63,480 nucleotides of DNA, filler included, from Octopus bimaculoides (GCF_001194135.2; 5 parts of 4 records of this genome joined end to end with filler, not necessarily neighbours in it), one strand, 5' to 3'. Shown: positions 1-15,829, counted from the whole stretch's first letter. The notes: generated by a model not told the origin, from the sequence alone. A program made the numbers and translations.

Positions 1-598
1 TATATATATATATATATGTATATATACGTATGTACATATTGTTATTTACATATGCACACACATACACACACGCACATACACACAAGCATACTCATTTTGT
101 GTATGTGAATGTGTTACGTGTATATTGAAGTCAATATTTTTATTTTATCGCAAATATACATGATTAATTGTATGCGTTATGTATGAATGTATTTACATAT
201 GGTTTTATACGAGTTTCATCCTACTATTTTTCATTTAATTAGTGTTCGCATATAATATCTCAAGGGAAATTTCTTCGCCGATGGAAATATTCGGCTTTAA
301 GCATCTAACAAGAACAGTCTTACTATGGAAATCCTATTGAAGTACTAAAGGAAACAAATTGACATTTGAATCTATCCGAAACAAATTTCATTCTCAATTT
401 ACATCAAGCTCATTTACCTTGATGCATTGGAATTTACTTTGCATTGAAATACAAAATTATAAACGTTATGTTTAAATAACAAGAATGTTGAAAAAAATGC
501 ATATATATACATATGAATATGTTCACATATATGCATGTATGTGTATATATATGTATATATGTATATGAATATATGAATATGTATATCCATATATGTAT

Positions 599-633
<35 letters not shown>

Positions 634-1505
634 CATTTATTTGATAGTGACAAGTGGAACTAAAATGTTTTGAAAAGACTTAAATAATTAGATAATGAAT
701 TACAATTCGGTGATGAAATTAAACTGCAGATTTTTTCTTCAGAATACATATCTGTATAATGATTGCCAATGACTACAAGATCTACTGTTTATAATAACGT
801 TTTACTGATAATTCTGAAAAATTGATTTGAATATGCTCCAGACATTCTTTACCGAAAATTAAAAAAAAAATTGGCTTCTGTTGCTATCTTCGTAAAACAT
901 ATCGTAAAGAAAATACTGCGAAATATTTTGTGCAGAACACATGACCCAAAATTCCAATTAATCGTATTGTTACTATTATTATCTTTATGAATAATTGCTG
1001 TTCTAGCATTTGTTTTCGGAGCTATGAAATTTTGGATTTGTGTCAGGAAATAGGCATGCAAAAATAAATATATGAAAATGCTACATATAATTTCACAGAA
1101 AATAAAACAACTGCAAAAACATAACTTTCAGAACAATTGCATCTCCAAAATTAGGCTGAGTGTCACAGAAAAATACACTCTAAAATATTTGAACATGTTG
1201 AACATTATTGATTGGATTCTGGTTAAAAGAGAACATGGACTCAGGGCGATACAAATTGAAACAAATTAGCTTTTTTATCTGCATTTCAGCTTTTGGAGGA
1301 ATAAAATATATTCCTTGATTTAATCTTGCCGATGTTGTTGTTCCATGAAATTATAATATTGTCGTAAATAAAAGAAATCATATTTTTTCCGAGCATCAAC
1401 AAACTGTCAACTTTCCTAAAGTATAATAAAATTATTATTAATATGAATATTAGAAATTGAGGAAAGAGGTATTTCGTTCATCCTATTTAATTATATAATA
1501 AAAAA

Positions 1506-1541
<36 letters not shown>

Positions 1542-4500
1542 GTGTAAACGTGTTACGGACCGAGAATTCGTGTATGTTTTACAGTCGTTCTGGTTCTCTA
1601 AGCTTTATGCTCTTTCAAATGTGTTTAACAATTTGTAGGGATTTCACTGTATTTTTTCACACAGCTGCCTCAGGCTTTCGTTTAGGTATATAAAATTATA
1701 CGAAATGGTATGTCTGTATGTGGTAGTTATAAGAAAAGAAAAACAAAGCAAAGAAAAAGTCAGTAGAACTTTGAATGATCTACTCACAATTTCAATCAAT
1801 CTTCGAATATTAAAACAAAGAAAAATATTTCCCGTCGATTTGTTTGTTATTTTAATTTGAAAATGTCTTGATTAGCATTGATTATAATTCGGATCATTGG
1901 ATAATTAATAATTGTCATGCATTATATAAATGCTCAAATTATCGCCTCTTAACATTATTCTCATGAACGATTTTTAATTCATTAAACATACATGAATATA
2001 TGCATACACACATACACAACACACATATTATGTACGAATATGTGATTAGATATATGTATACATGTATTTAGCCATACATTCACACATGTATTGGCCTGTG
2101 TGTATGTATATATATANNNNNNNNNNNNNNNNNNNNNNNNNNNNNNNNNNNNNNNNNNNNNNNNNNNNNNNNNNNNNNNNNNNNNNNNNNNNNNNNNNNN
2201 NNNNNNNNNNNNNNNNNNNNNNNNNNNNNNNNNNNNNNNNNNNNNNNNNNNNNNNNNNNNNNNNNNNNNNNNNNNNNNNNNNNNNNNNNNNNNNNNNNNN
2301 NNNNNNNNNNNNNNNNNNNNNNNNNNNNNNNNNNNNNNNNNNNNNNNNNNNNNNNNNNNNNNNNNNNNNNNNNNNNNNNNNNNNNNNNNNNNNNNNNNNN
2401 NNNNNNNNNNNNNNNNNNNNNNNNNNNNNNNNNNNNNNNNNNNNNNNNNNNNNNNNNNNNNNNNNNNNNNNNNNNNNNNNNNNNNNNNNNNNNNNNNNNN
2501 NNNNNTATATATATATTCAATTATACATACATTCTCTTGAAGCAGCTATGATTCCTCAGAAAGAGGGTAGAAAATTTTAATGTGTTCATCCATTGATCTT
2601 CTCAGCCATATATGCGAATTGTTGTATGTTATTCTACCCAATCTCTAAGATGATAATAATATTAATAAAGAACAGCTAAAATGATTAAAAGATTATTGAA
2701 AAAAGTATGAATAAATACAATAAAAATACATGTCAAAAATACGAAAAAATTTGTTGGCAAAATATGTTGCTTAAAATAAAAAGAAAATATGCTACAAAAT
2801 ATAAAACTTTGTGTTATATGATTTATATTTGTAAACTTTGTACGTCTCAATTACTGTTCAACTTAAAATTGCTTTATTTTCTCATTTTTTGTTTTTCCTA
2901 ATTTCACCCTACATTTCTTTTTTATATTCATCTTATGAAAGATATGTGATTTACGGTGTAAAAAATATAATGAAAAGCAGTATGGATTTCAAACATATTT
3001 ATTGTCCTTATTATGCGTACATATATATATATATATATATATGTTTTTGAAAATTCAAATTCAAAGATGACAGAGGACATTACTTATTGTATTAGTTATT
3101 TATTTATTTTATATATCAGCTTGAAATAGTCGATTACTCTTGTTTATGTGTACATATTCGGTTTCTATTTAACAGAAGTATTAAGTATTAAGTGGTTTTC
3201 CGAATGAAATATTAAAAAATGATGTTAAGTGCCCATCTACACCGGAAACAAATTCCACTCACTACACAACATACTATTTTTGTTATTTATCTTATTAAAC
3301 ATAATTAACAACATTACAAAAACATTTAAAATTATCAATATATCAAGTGGTGTTTCAAAATGGAACGGAGAACAATCACATTTCATTGAACTACTTCGAC
3401 GATGCTTCTTTTCAAAATCCAGATTGGGTGAAGTAGGATCATTCATGCTATGCGTATATAGATATAAAGTAATGTTTTTTACTAATTGTTGTAGCCATGT
3501 CTAATATATTTAAGATTAATTCGTTGTAAATGGTAGTTAAATTTTCAAGTTGAAGTAAACAACAGAGAAGTTCCTTTGACTGGTCTCAAAATTCGATATA
3601 CTCTTAATATGGGTATAGATAATTTTATAACCAATTTATTACTTATGCAAACATTGAACAGTAGGTGTAAACACATAAGAGAATGTGCATACAAACATGC
3701 GGACATACGTACATGCATATATTCATACACATACACACGCACACACACACGCACGCGCGCATGCACAATCACACACACATTTTGAGAGAGAGTGAGATAG
3801 ATTCATAAAAAGAGAGAGAGAGATTAATTATTTATAGTATCTGGGAACTCGTCAATTGCGAGAAATCTAATAAATCCAATAAGTCTGACATCTAGAAATT
3901 TCTCTAGAAATAGACTTCAATATTTTTATTTCTGTAATTCCGTTATCTGATGATTCAGACTTTGGACACTACAGAGTAAGACATCAACATAGAAATTTAT
4001 TACATCAACATATGTCGTAAATACTTGCGTAGAAAACATTAAGAATTTACGAAATAGAGAAGGCGATATACTCTATTATTACTAAACTATATTTCAGGCA
4101 CATTGTCGCAGACCGACTTAGGTATAATCCAAATTTCGTAATTGCAAAATCTGAATTTTCATCACAATCTACGAATTTTCTTTCAAAACTGTCGTCAAAC
4201 TGAAATGGACATTGATTAAAAAGATAAAATATGTTATAAAAATGTTATTAAATTTCATGCAATATACGATTGAGAAATTAAACCATGCATATCGACCGGT
4301 TACTATTACGAATGTTCCAAATCATGTACGAATTCACAAAGATTTACTTCAAAATGTACGATATAAGCTTCTATAAATTAAGACAACTCATGCATTGAAC
4401 GATATGTGATTGGACATGTATATAAAATATAAGCGATTATGTAAAGATGTATATTCAACAACATTCTGATTTCTATATCTCGTGTTAGGCTTATGTGATC

Positions 4501-4829
4501 GAGTGTATTGTACAAGATTGGCACAAACAGTTGAATTATTATGTGGCGTGTGTCTATGAGTTTTTGTTGGTAGCTCATTGATACGACCAATTCTTTCTGG
4601 CCTGTATTTACATCTGATTTCTTAAACCGTAACGTTTTGGTAGTATACAATGTGTATCACATTTGGAGGAAATACTAGTGTTGTGTTTGCTCGCTTCTTG
4701 TATATAGCTAGAGCAGCATTATAATAAGTTGTGGAACAGTCATTTTAACAAGTTATTTTATTTATCACCCGATGAGATACATCTGCACAACTGGATGCTC
4801 CTGAACCAGCTGTTGAGTGTCCCGCCCAA

Positions 4830-5712
4830 GAGGAATCGATGCTAGATGTGATGTGTCGAAACAATTCTCGTGATTAATAATACATTCTCATATATTCCAT
4901 TTTCCGTCATTCCTTTGCCATATAGCTAACGATTCAGAATATATGCACTTTCAACTAGTTTTCAAAATTGCAGACGTTTGAAGGGAAATGTTCGGCAAGT
5001 TCTGTCGAACTAATCTTATTGTGCTTGATGTCGAATCTGTGCCCATTAAATCTTTTGCTTAATTGGTCTGTTGTACAACCAACATAAATCAAGTCTCACC
5101 TTCTGTATAAATCATAACATTTCTGTTATGAATTTTGATGGGATTCGCTTGACTCATGTTGTTGCACGATGAACAGGGCTTACCTCTGTTGCGTCTGTTT
5201 TTCAAGGTACAGCGTGCAGATAATCCAATATTAGTTTTCTTGGAGTCAGAAATAGCGGTCAAGAATTATATTATATTCTTATTCCGTCTAAATGATACAG
5301 TAGGCGGCTGAGGAAATGCATGTTTCTAACGAGCATATTTTTTCGCTACATGCTGGTAACTTTCATCCAACTCTTGAAATGCCAGCGAAATTTCGGTGTT
5401 AGTTAATCACTAAAGGAATTCTGTCATCTATTACATTGTGTTTGCGAACATTATGTGTGAAGTTTTGACCATCTTTACTAATCTTAGCTATCTCATTTGC
5501 TATTTCCTTTAATCCTGATTCACTGTGACCGTGTTTGACATAATGATGTAGAAAAGCATCTGCATGTTTCAGCAATCCTTTATGTCAGTACAAATCCTTT
5601 TTATCCTGAAAAATTGAGATTGCGGATTTGTCCGAATAATATGATGTATATGATCGAAGCGGCGGTGGATGTAAACGTGGAAAGACGCAGGTTTGCAAAA
5701 TATCTCTGTCAC
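4830..5712 (-). mobile_element. Degenerate Penelope-like element (RT thumb + GIY-YIG endonuclease remnants)
   Basis: Manual minus-strand translation gives EIFCKPASFHVYIHRRFDHIHHIIRTNPQSQFFRIKRICTD (PLE RT thumb) and LIYVGCTTDQLSKRFNGHRFDIKHNKISSTELAEHF (GIY-YIG); several stops and frameshifts. Confidence 0.75.
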
Positions 5713-5727
5713 TATTCTGCCTTATCT

Positions 5728-7100
<1,373 letters not shown>

Positions 7101-7729
7101 AGCTGTGGTTTGGATGCACTTTCCTGAACCACTACCAAGCGAGCGGCCTTCTCTTAAATATCTAGCCTCATTTTAGCTATCACAACTAGAGTTTCTTCGG
7201 GAACACTTATCTCTCATAAACTGAGTGAAGGTAATCTTTGTCACTATTGTCATCACCACTATTACTTTTCTACATCTGAAAGTTTCAAGCAACTTTCTAT
7301 TGCATTACATGCTGCTAATGTTGTGCCGGTGAGGTGTGTGTGTGTGTGTGCTTCATTAATTTTTCTTTTTTTTTCCTGCAGAATATTGTTTTGCATCAGT
7401 ATCTTTTGTTATTGGGTTTGGTTTGAGTCTTTTGTTGAATTAGGTTTTGTATGGTGTGTTGTTTGTGCAATGCAGGTTGTGCTCCTCTGCTGGATATCAG
7501 GTATCTCGGCCTGTTTTATCTTCCCAGTAGCTCGCTGTTACCCATCCATGCTGTTTGCTATTTGCCCCAGGATTCTATTTACTGTATGAGTTTACACCCG
7601 GATATTTTGAGATGTTGCATAGTAGTGTGTGTAAATCACAAATCAACCATTGCATAATGTTCATGGTTATCTGTCTATCGTTTTGTAGGGAAGAGGATTG
7701 TTACATGTCCGTCTTTGCAGCGTTTGCTT

Positions 7730-7958
<229 letters not shown>

Positions 7959-7959
7959 G

Positions 7960-8220
7960 TTATTGTTTTGTTTCTCAGTGCGCTCGGCCTTTTTGCTGTG
8001 GTTGATTCTGTGAGTGCCGAAAGTAGCCTGTTCTCAGAGGACTCACAAGGTCTCTTTCCGCAAATTATAAGCTTTGATAATTGGATATTAATTATCATGA
8101 AAGACATTCAACACCCAAATACAATTTTTAGATCCTAGAAGTCCCCAGCAGTGCAACCGAGCAGATTTTGGTTTTGCTCTGCTGTCAAGTCAATTTCGAT
8201 TTCTCTGACTTATTTACCGA
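7960..8220 (-). mobile_element. 3' end of a second RLE-type retroelement
   Basis: Minus-strand remnant QNLLG/SVALLGTSRI resembles the QKxxLLGTARIL C-terminus seen at 6150 and 27900; followed by a short UTR and a (GTA)n tail. Confidence 0.5.
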
Positions 8221-8222
8221 AT

Positions 8223-8320
8223 CTAGTTGTTAGTGCTCCAAGTGCTCCTGCAACTACTTGTTAGTGAGCCAAGAGTGCCTAAAATTACTTGTTAGTGCAC
8301 GAGTGTACCCTGCAACTACT
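8223..8320. repeat. Degenerate ~29-bp minisatellite (about 3 copies, core tacttgttagtg)
   Basis: Repeated tagttgttagtg / tacttgttagtg ... agtg ... gcaac units. Confidence 0.5.
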
Positions 8321-8529
8321 TTATTATTGTTCCCTTTTCGTTTGTCTTTACGTTCTGAGTTCAAATTTCACCAAGGTCGACTTTTCTCTTCACAGCCAAA
8401 TGTTGATTTCACTTGTAGAAATTTTATTCAGTGATTTGTGCAAATAAATATTCAGTATGAATATACAGGGATGAGTTAAATAATCAGCTTTGAAGACAAA
8501 TGTCAGCAAAGCCGCACTTTGAACACTCC

Positions 8530-8900
8530 TGTGGCACTGCTTGTACGGATTCCCATGATACTCTGTCAGAATTCAGCTCTATTGTCCATCGTATATGGCA
8601 GGTTACAGGGATTGCAGTTTCTTTCGTTATAAATTTGCTTGACGTAGGTCTTGGCATCTCAATCTCTGCAGCTCTTTCTTGTGTATGTGCAAACAAATGA
8701 ACTTCACTAACAACTTGGTCTTTTAGTTAAAGTAATTCTCTGCGAAACTGACATTATGATGTTTCATACTTGATGAAGGTTGCCATAGAATTTTTCATTA
8801 CTCAGACAATTTCTCGAACATTCAATGCCACTCTTAGCATGCGAGTGTAGGCTCCATCTAATCTACTTTCCAGTTTTGAGATAAATAGTTTAAAAACTTC
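8530..8900 (-). mobile_element. Degenerate LINE RT C-terminal fragment (RTE-like)
   Basis: Minus-strand KLESRLDGAYTRMLRVALNV ... SNEKFYGNLHQV and TYVKQI ... LPYTMDNRAE. Confidence 0.55.
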
Positions 8901-8944
8901 TTTCGTCAGAATATTATCTGTTTTGATATTCTTTTTCTACTCTA

Positions 8945-9139
8945 GGTCTGAAGTTTTGGGGGAGGAAGCTAGTCGATTAAATGGATACCAGTATGCAACT
9001 GGTAATTAATTTATCGACACCGAAAGGATGAAATGCAAAGTCAACCTCGGGGGAACTTGAACTCAAAACGCAAAAGACAGACGAAATGTCACTAAGCATT
9101 TCGACCGGCATGCTAACATTTCTGCCAACTCATCACCTT
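8945..9139 (-). mobile_element. tRNA-derived SINE
   Basis: Reverse complement has A/B-box-like head (aaggtgatgagttggcagaa ... gagttcaagtt) and ctttcatcctttcggtgtcgataa body shared with copies at 22.6 and 56.7 kb. Confidence 0.7.
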
Positions 9140-9281
9140 TCTGTTTTAATATTCCGCACGTATTTCACTTTCGCCAAGATAATGCTAAGCTCACTATCAA
9201 TATTGTAGAATAATTCAAATAGGAATGAATAATATTTTCTCGGCTATTTTCCATAAAAACGAAAAATTTGTGGTAAATAGG

Positions 9282-9322
<41 letters not shown>

Positions 9323-10934
9323 NNNNNNNNNNNNNNNNNNNNNNNNNNNNNNNNNNNNNNNNNNNNNNNNNNNNNNNNNNNNNNNNNNNNNNNNNNNNNN
9401 NNNNNNNNNNNNNNNNNNNNNNNNNNNNNNNNNNNNNNNNNNNNNNNNNNNNNNNNNNNNNNNNNNNNNNNNNNNNNNNNNNNNNNNNNNNNNNNNNNNN
9501 NNNNNNNNNNNNNNAGGATATTCCATTATAATTTTTAGCAAATGTTACATACGATTTTTTCATAATGCTAAAATTTTTACGTAACTGTATTTTTTTAAAT
9601 AAGTTTATATGTTATAGAACAAATTATCTCAATTTGTTTTTTACCATTGATCCCTGTTTTTCAGTCAATAGAAAATGTGCACCTCTTACGCAGATGAATT
9701 CTGAATGTAATTTGGGTTCATTGTCTGAATGGTTTTATCATTACCACCTTACTATTTGGTAGGATGAAGTATTATGAAGCTTCTATTTCTTATACAAAAG
9801 CAATCTATTTTTCAGGCTTTCTATTGTTTTATATATATTTTTTATTCCACTTGGTCCTTATAACCCTTTCTAAATGTTAAAATTATACCTTTTATTATAC
9901 CTTTGCTATACTTTTGTTATGCATTTTCCTCCTGTGCTCTTAATGTTCATTAAGATCACATTGTGGTGTCCTTTGTTTTCTATTTTAGGCCCCTTTAACT
10001 GATGATAATAAAATATTCATATAATTCCTACCCTTCCACTTTTTGGGCATTTACTATTTTCTTACTGACGTTTTCTGAGATTTGTTTTTATGTGGTTATT
10101 GGGAATCTATAGATTTCGTAACTTGGGGTTTGGGAGGCTATTTGACGGTAATTAATTTATTATCTGCAGCTAGAACTTAACTGCCAATTCCCAGTGGTTA
10201 TAAGTCTCAGTATACTACGTACATTAGATATTTTGACGTTGATAAGGAGACAGATGACAACATAGCTATGTTACCATCTCATGATCTTCATTGTTATTCT
10301 CTCCCGCCACTCCAAATTATAGTTGGAGGTATTATCTCTCGAAGTTCATTTTGATACAATATTACCAGCATGTAATTTTTTATTCTCTAGTTCTGATGAA
10401 ATATTCTCTAAAAATTATAATGGAATATCGTGCATGTTGAAAATCTATATTATGCATCCGAAGATGTTAATGTATTTCAAGTTGATGTAATACTTGTATT
10501 GTTCAGTTAAATGGAACCGTCTGAAACCACCGTAATGCATTAATGCCTTGATATCTTTGTTACGAATTTGCTTATATATATATATATATATATATNNNNN
10601 NNNNNNNNNNNNNNNNNNNNNNNNNNNNNNNNNNNNNNNNNNNNNNNNNNNNNNNNNNNNNNNNNNNNNNNNNNNNNNNNNNNNNNNNNNNNNNNNNNNN
10701 NNNNNNNNNNNNNNNNNNNNNNNNNNNNNNNNNNNNNNNNNNNNNNNNNNNNNNNNNNNNNNNNNNNNNNNNNNNNNNNNNNNNNNNNNNNNNNNNNNNN
10801 NNNNNNNNNNNNNNNNNNNNNNNNNNNNNNNNNNNNNNNNNNNNNNNNNNNNNNNNNNNNNNNNNNNNNNNNNNNNNNNNNNNNNNNNNNNNNNNNNNNN
10901 NNNNNNNNNNNNNNNTATATATGTATATAGTATA

Positions 10935-11016
<82 letters not shown>

Positions 11017-11459
11017 CAGAATAGGAGGAATTTCGATTATCCCCACGTGGTGCGTTGTAATATATATAAGAAATTAAAACAGGAAAATACACACACTTTA
11101 CTTAGTTTTAATATAATTTTTAATATATCGACCGGTTTCGCTTTCGCTATTCATGTACTATGGTTTACTTATTTGAATATGTATTTTATTATGAAGAAAA
11201 TGTTGTCCTTGTTGTGTGTGATGATATTTACGAGTGAATAACTTCATAAGTAGAAAAATATGGAGAGGTAATTAGTTATCGTTATTATTGTTATTTTTGT
11301 GGGGAAGGGTGATACCTGTTCAGCGTTCGGGAATGGAAAGGGAATATATACACACACACAAAAAAAAAAAAAAAGGTTTCGAAAAACTTATTTAGTGAGA
11401 GGATTTATGTACAGTGATGTAATCGTGAATTGAAGCATAAAAGCATAAAATTTGATTAT

Positions 11460-12950
11460 GCGTGCATATTAAGAATGGTTCTCTATTTTTCAATGAAAAT
11501 ACTTTATTTATTTAAACGTTCTTGTGGAGAGATTGTGTTTTTCACTGGTAGAAGGGGAAGAGTGTAAAATTTGATTTGATGTTATTCGCACATTATTTTA
11601 TATGTTCACTGCGAGGAATCTACCTGCATTGCGGGAAACGGATTTGCCGTTTATGTAGAGTGGTTCTCCTTCTCAAGGTCATACTTGTCTGTCCAATATA
11701 GTTGTGTTTGCAACCTGAGCAGTTTATTACAGGAATTAGGTTCTCAGAGGCAAACGTCTTGATGGTGAACCTCTGTCCTTGTTTGAAAAGAAAATCCTAG
11801 CCTGCACGTAAGTTGAGGCGGGTTCCACAGATTTGGCGTCCACATTTTTTTAACCGTTGGTATCGTGGTTTTTGTGTAAAGCTTTGAATTTGTTAGTAGC
11901 CTCTTTAGTTATTTGTGTTGCTTTTTGATGACTTTGTGCGTTTCAGGATGTCATTCAGTTTTGGATCTCTAGTTAGTAAACGAATATTTTGCACAATAGT
12001 TTTGAATGCCTCACTTTTCCTGGGGTTGTGTGTTGATATAGATTATAGTGTTTCGAGATGAGGTGTGGTGCTATGTTTTGTTGTTCTTAGTGTTTTGATG
12101 TCTAAGTTTTTAGCACCTTTAATCCCCTCGTTTATAAGTGAGGGTGGATATCGTCTTTCAGTAAGCATTGTTTTGAGGTCCTGAAGATTAAGGTCCCGAG
12201 TTGTTCTATCAGATTGTATTGTGCAAATCCTTTTTGCTAAATTGAAAAGGATATTTAATTTGACATATTTCGGGTGTCATGAGCTCTAGAGCTGTTGTTT
12301 TGAGTCAGTTGGTTTATAATAGATGTCAATTATGATGTGATTGTTGACTTTTTATCATGTGTTCTAAAAATGGGAGCTATTCTTTGTTATATTCCATTGA
12401 GAAATGAATGTTACTATTTATATCATTTAGTGTTGATTTTGAAATCGAAACGTTTGTCGATGTTCTCCTTCTAAATGATAAAACAGTTATCCAGGTATCT
12501 TTTCCAATTTTGTTTTATGTCCAGGTAAAATGGACAACAATATTTCTGAAGTGATACTTTATTTAAGGTGAACTCAAAATAACCCATTATTAGGTTCGGA
12601 AGAACAGGGTCTGCTTTCGTTCCCATAGCAATTCCGCATTCTGACGATAGTTTGTGTCATCAAATAAGACATAATTGTTCTGAAGTAAAAATGTTAAAGG
12701 TTCAATAATAACGATCTGATTTGTGTGTTCCAGGAGTACTTCGGGGTACTTTTGTAACCAACATTTGTTTGCTTTTATTCCATAGTCATGTGGGATGTTG
12801 GTGTAAAGATTGATAACATCGAAGGTAACCAATATTGCCTATTCACTAATTGCTTTTGGTACGTGTTCTAGCATGTCTAAATCGTCTCTAATGAAACTTG
12901 TTGATGTATTTTAGCAAGGTTTTTAGTAGGATGTCTAGAATATTACTTAG
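11460..12950 (-). mobile_element. Penelope-like element, RT + GIY-YIG, pseudogenised (left arm of inverted pair)
   Basis: ORF 12590-12832 (VTFDVINLYTNIPHDYGI); further remnants GIAMGTKA, RYLDNCF, and CSGCKHNYIGQTSMTLRRRTTLHKRQI (GIY-YIG). Confidence 0.9.
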
Positions 12951-13971
12951 GCTGTGGGTTAGAAAAGTACCTCGAAGTACTCCCGGAGCGCATAAATCAG
13001 ATCGTCATAATTGAATCTTTAAAATGTATACTTCAGAACAATTATTTCCTATTTGATGACACATACTATCGTCAAAATGCGGAATTGCGATGGGAACGAA
13101 AGCAGACCGTGTACTTGCGAACCCAATAATGGGTTATTTTGAATTCACCTTATATGAAGTATTACTTCAGAAATATGGTCATCGATTTTAGCTTTACATA
13201 AGAGAAAAATAGAAACGATACCTAGATAACAGTTTTATCATTTGGAAGGAGAACATCGACAAACGTTTCGATTTTAAAATCAACACTAAATGATATAAAT
13301 TGTAACATTCAATTCACAATGGAATATAACAAAGAATAGCTCCCGTTTTTAGAACACATCATAAAAAAGTCAACAATCACATCATAACTGACATCTATTA
13401 TAAACCAACTGACTGAAAGCAACATCTCCTCTTTAGCTCATGCCACGCGAAACACATCAAGATAGATATTCCTTTCAATTTGGCGAAAAGGATTTGCACA
13501 ATAGTGTCTGATAGAACAAGTCGGGACCTTCGTCTTCAAGACCTCAAAACAACGCTTACTGAAAGACAGTAACTTATAGACGAGGGAATTAAAGGTGTCA
13601 AAAAAATTAAACATCAAAACACTAAGAACAACAAAAGATAACACCACACCTCATATCAGAACAATAATATTTATGTCAACACACAACCCCAGAAACAGTG
13701 ATGGATTCAAAACTATTGTGCAAAATCTTCCTTTACTAACTAGAGATCCAAAATGAACGACATCCTGAAAACGCACAAAGTCATCAAAACACAACACAAA
13801 TAACTAAGGAGACTACTAACAAATGCGAAGCTATACAAAACAACCACGATACCAACGATTAAACATAGGTGGACGCCCAATCTGTGGAACGCTCCCCAAC
13901 TTACTTGATGGCTCGGATTTCCTTTTCAAACAAGGACAGAGGTTCACGATTAAAACTTTTGCCTCTGAGAA
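12951..13971 (+). mobile_element. Penelope-like element RT fragment (right arm, inverted copy of 11741-12775)
   Basis: Reverse complement aligns to the left arm along its length (52/60 identical in one hand-counted block); remnants GIAMGTKA, RYLDNSF, TDIYYKPTD, IPFNLAKRICTIVSD. Confidence 0.9.
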
Positions 13972-14032
13972 CATACATATTCAAATACTTAAACCATGAT
14001 ATCATGAATAGTGAAATCGAAACCGGTCGATA

Positions 14033-14286
14033 TACTCTTTTACTCTTTTACTTGTTTCAGTCGTTTGACTGTGGCCATGCTGGAGCACTGCCTTTAGTCG
14101 AGTAAATCGACCTTAGGTCTAATTCTTTGGAAGCCTAGTACTTATTATATCGGTCTCTTTTGCCGAACCACTAAGTTACGGGGATGTAAACACACCAGCA
14201 TCGGTTGTCAAGCGATGTTGGGGGACAAACACAGATACACAAACATATACACATACATACATACATACATACATATAAATATATAT
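14033..14286 (-). mobile_element. SINE 3' half (family with internal TA/CA microsatellite)
   Basis: Reverse complement matches the + copies at 28361-28730 and 48220-48640. Confidence 0.85.
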
Positions 14287-15829
14287 NNNNNNNNNNNNNN
14301 NNNNNNNNNNNNNNNNNNNNNNNNNNNNNNNNNNNNNNNNNNNNNNNNNNNNNNNNNNNNNNNNNNNNNNNNNNNNNNNNNNNNNNNNNNNNNNNNNNNN
14401 NNNNNNNNNNNNNNNNNNNNNNNNNNNNNNNNNNNNNNNNNNNNNNNNNNNNNNNNNNNNNNNNNNNNNNNNNNNNNNNNNNNNNNNNNNNNNNNNNNNN
14501 NNNNNNNNNNNNNNNNNNNNNNNNNNNNNNNNNNNNNNNNNNNNNNNNNNNNNNNNNNNNNNNNNNNNNNNNNNNNNNNNNNNNNNNNNNNNNNNNNNNN
14601 NNNNNNNNNNNNNNNNNNNNNNNNNNNNNNNNNNNNNNNNNNNNNNNNNNNNNNNNNNNNNNNNNNNNNNNNNNNNNNNNNNNNNNNNNNNNNNNNNNNN
14701 NNNNNNNNNNNNNNNNNNNNNNNTATATATATATATATATATATATATGAATATTACTCTGTGTATATATTACACACACCCAGTGCAACGCAACAAATCC
14801 CACAAATACCCCCAACCCCACATACATATAAACAAGTATATCTAATTTCCAGCGCAAGATATAGAACCCTCTTTCAAGCTGAACATCATATCAAAAGCGA
14901 CTTCTGAATTGTACGGGAATTTTATGAAAACATTTAAGAATTTCTTCAGAATATGCACTACTATGTTTGCGAGTGCATGTTAACCCGATTACTTGAGATT
15001 TTTGAGGGAATACAGACAAAAGAAATCATTGACAGCAAGACATCGTTTCACATCACACACAGATTGTGTTTCCTCCAGATTTGGTAGGATGAGTCGGTAG
15101 AGTTTGGAGCAGAATACTTGGTGACATTTAATCTAAAACGATTCCTCTGAACTCAAATCTTCGGAAGTCAGTTCTTGAATAACCGTGATTAAACTTTTTC
15201 CATCCTCGTCGGCGAATGCATTACGTATTTGTATAAAAATTTTGAAATCTATTGGTTAATTTACATTCAATTTATTTTTTATCTAATATAAAATGAACTA
15301 TGAACCATATTAATTGTTATCAAATATTTGTAACTGTCTTTATCATTTTTTAAATCAAACTTTAATTAATGTAATATAATTAATAGCCCGTAATTAGTTC
15401 GTACCGAGAAGATAAACCATATTGAAAAATCTATCTCGAGTATTTGTGGGATAAATAATATAGCTTAAACATAATTGAATAAAATGAATATTATATGAAA
15501 TTTTGTATATTTTTTAATGTAATTAACGAGTGAGAATATATCCTACAAACATATATTAAATAATAATAAGAATAATAATAATAAATAATCCTACAATCTA
15601 TCTATCTCTACATATATGTGTGCGTGTATATGTATGTATGTGCGTATATGTATGTATGTGTGTATATATATGTATGTATGTGTGTATATGTATGTGCATA
15701 TGTATATGTATTTGTGTATGTGTGTGTGTGTGTGTATGCATGCATGTATGTGCCTACGTACACACTCTGAATGATTATTAAGTCAGTGTTGGTTAAAATA
15801 CATTTTCAAAATCCACTGGCGTCTTCGGA

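Noticed and set aside
2662-2850. Hydrophobic minus ORF with FFNNLLIILAVL resembling GPCR TM1
   Set aside because: No TM2 or later motifs follow; AT-rich sequence readily gives F/I/L-rich ORFs.
3840-4700. Possible Penelope N-terminal remnants on the + strand
   Set aside because: Similarity too weak and fragmented to support by eye.
9665-9765. Exon-like stretch (ttttcag ... gtagg) encoding NRKCAPLTQMNSECNLG
   Set aside because: No recognisable domain or partner exon; splice-like motifs are common by chance.
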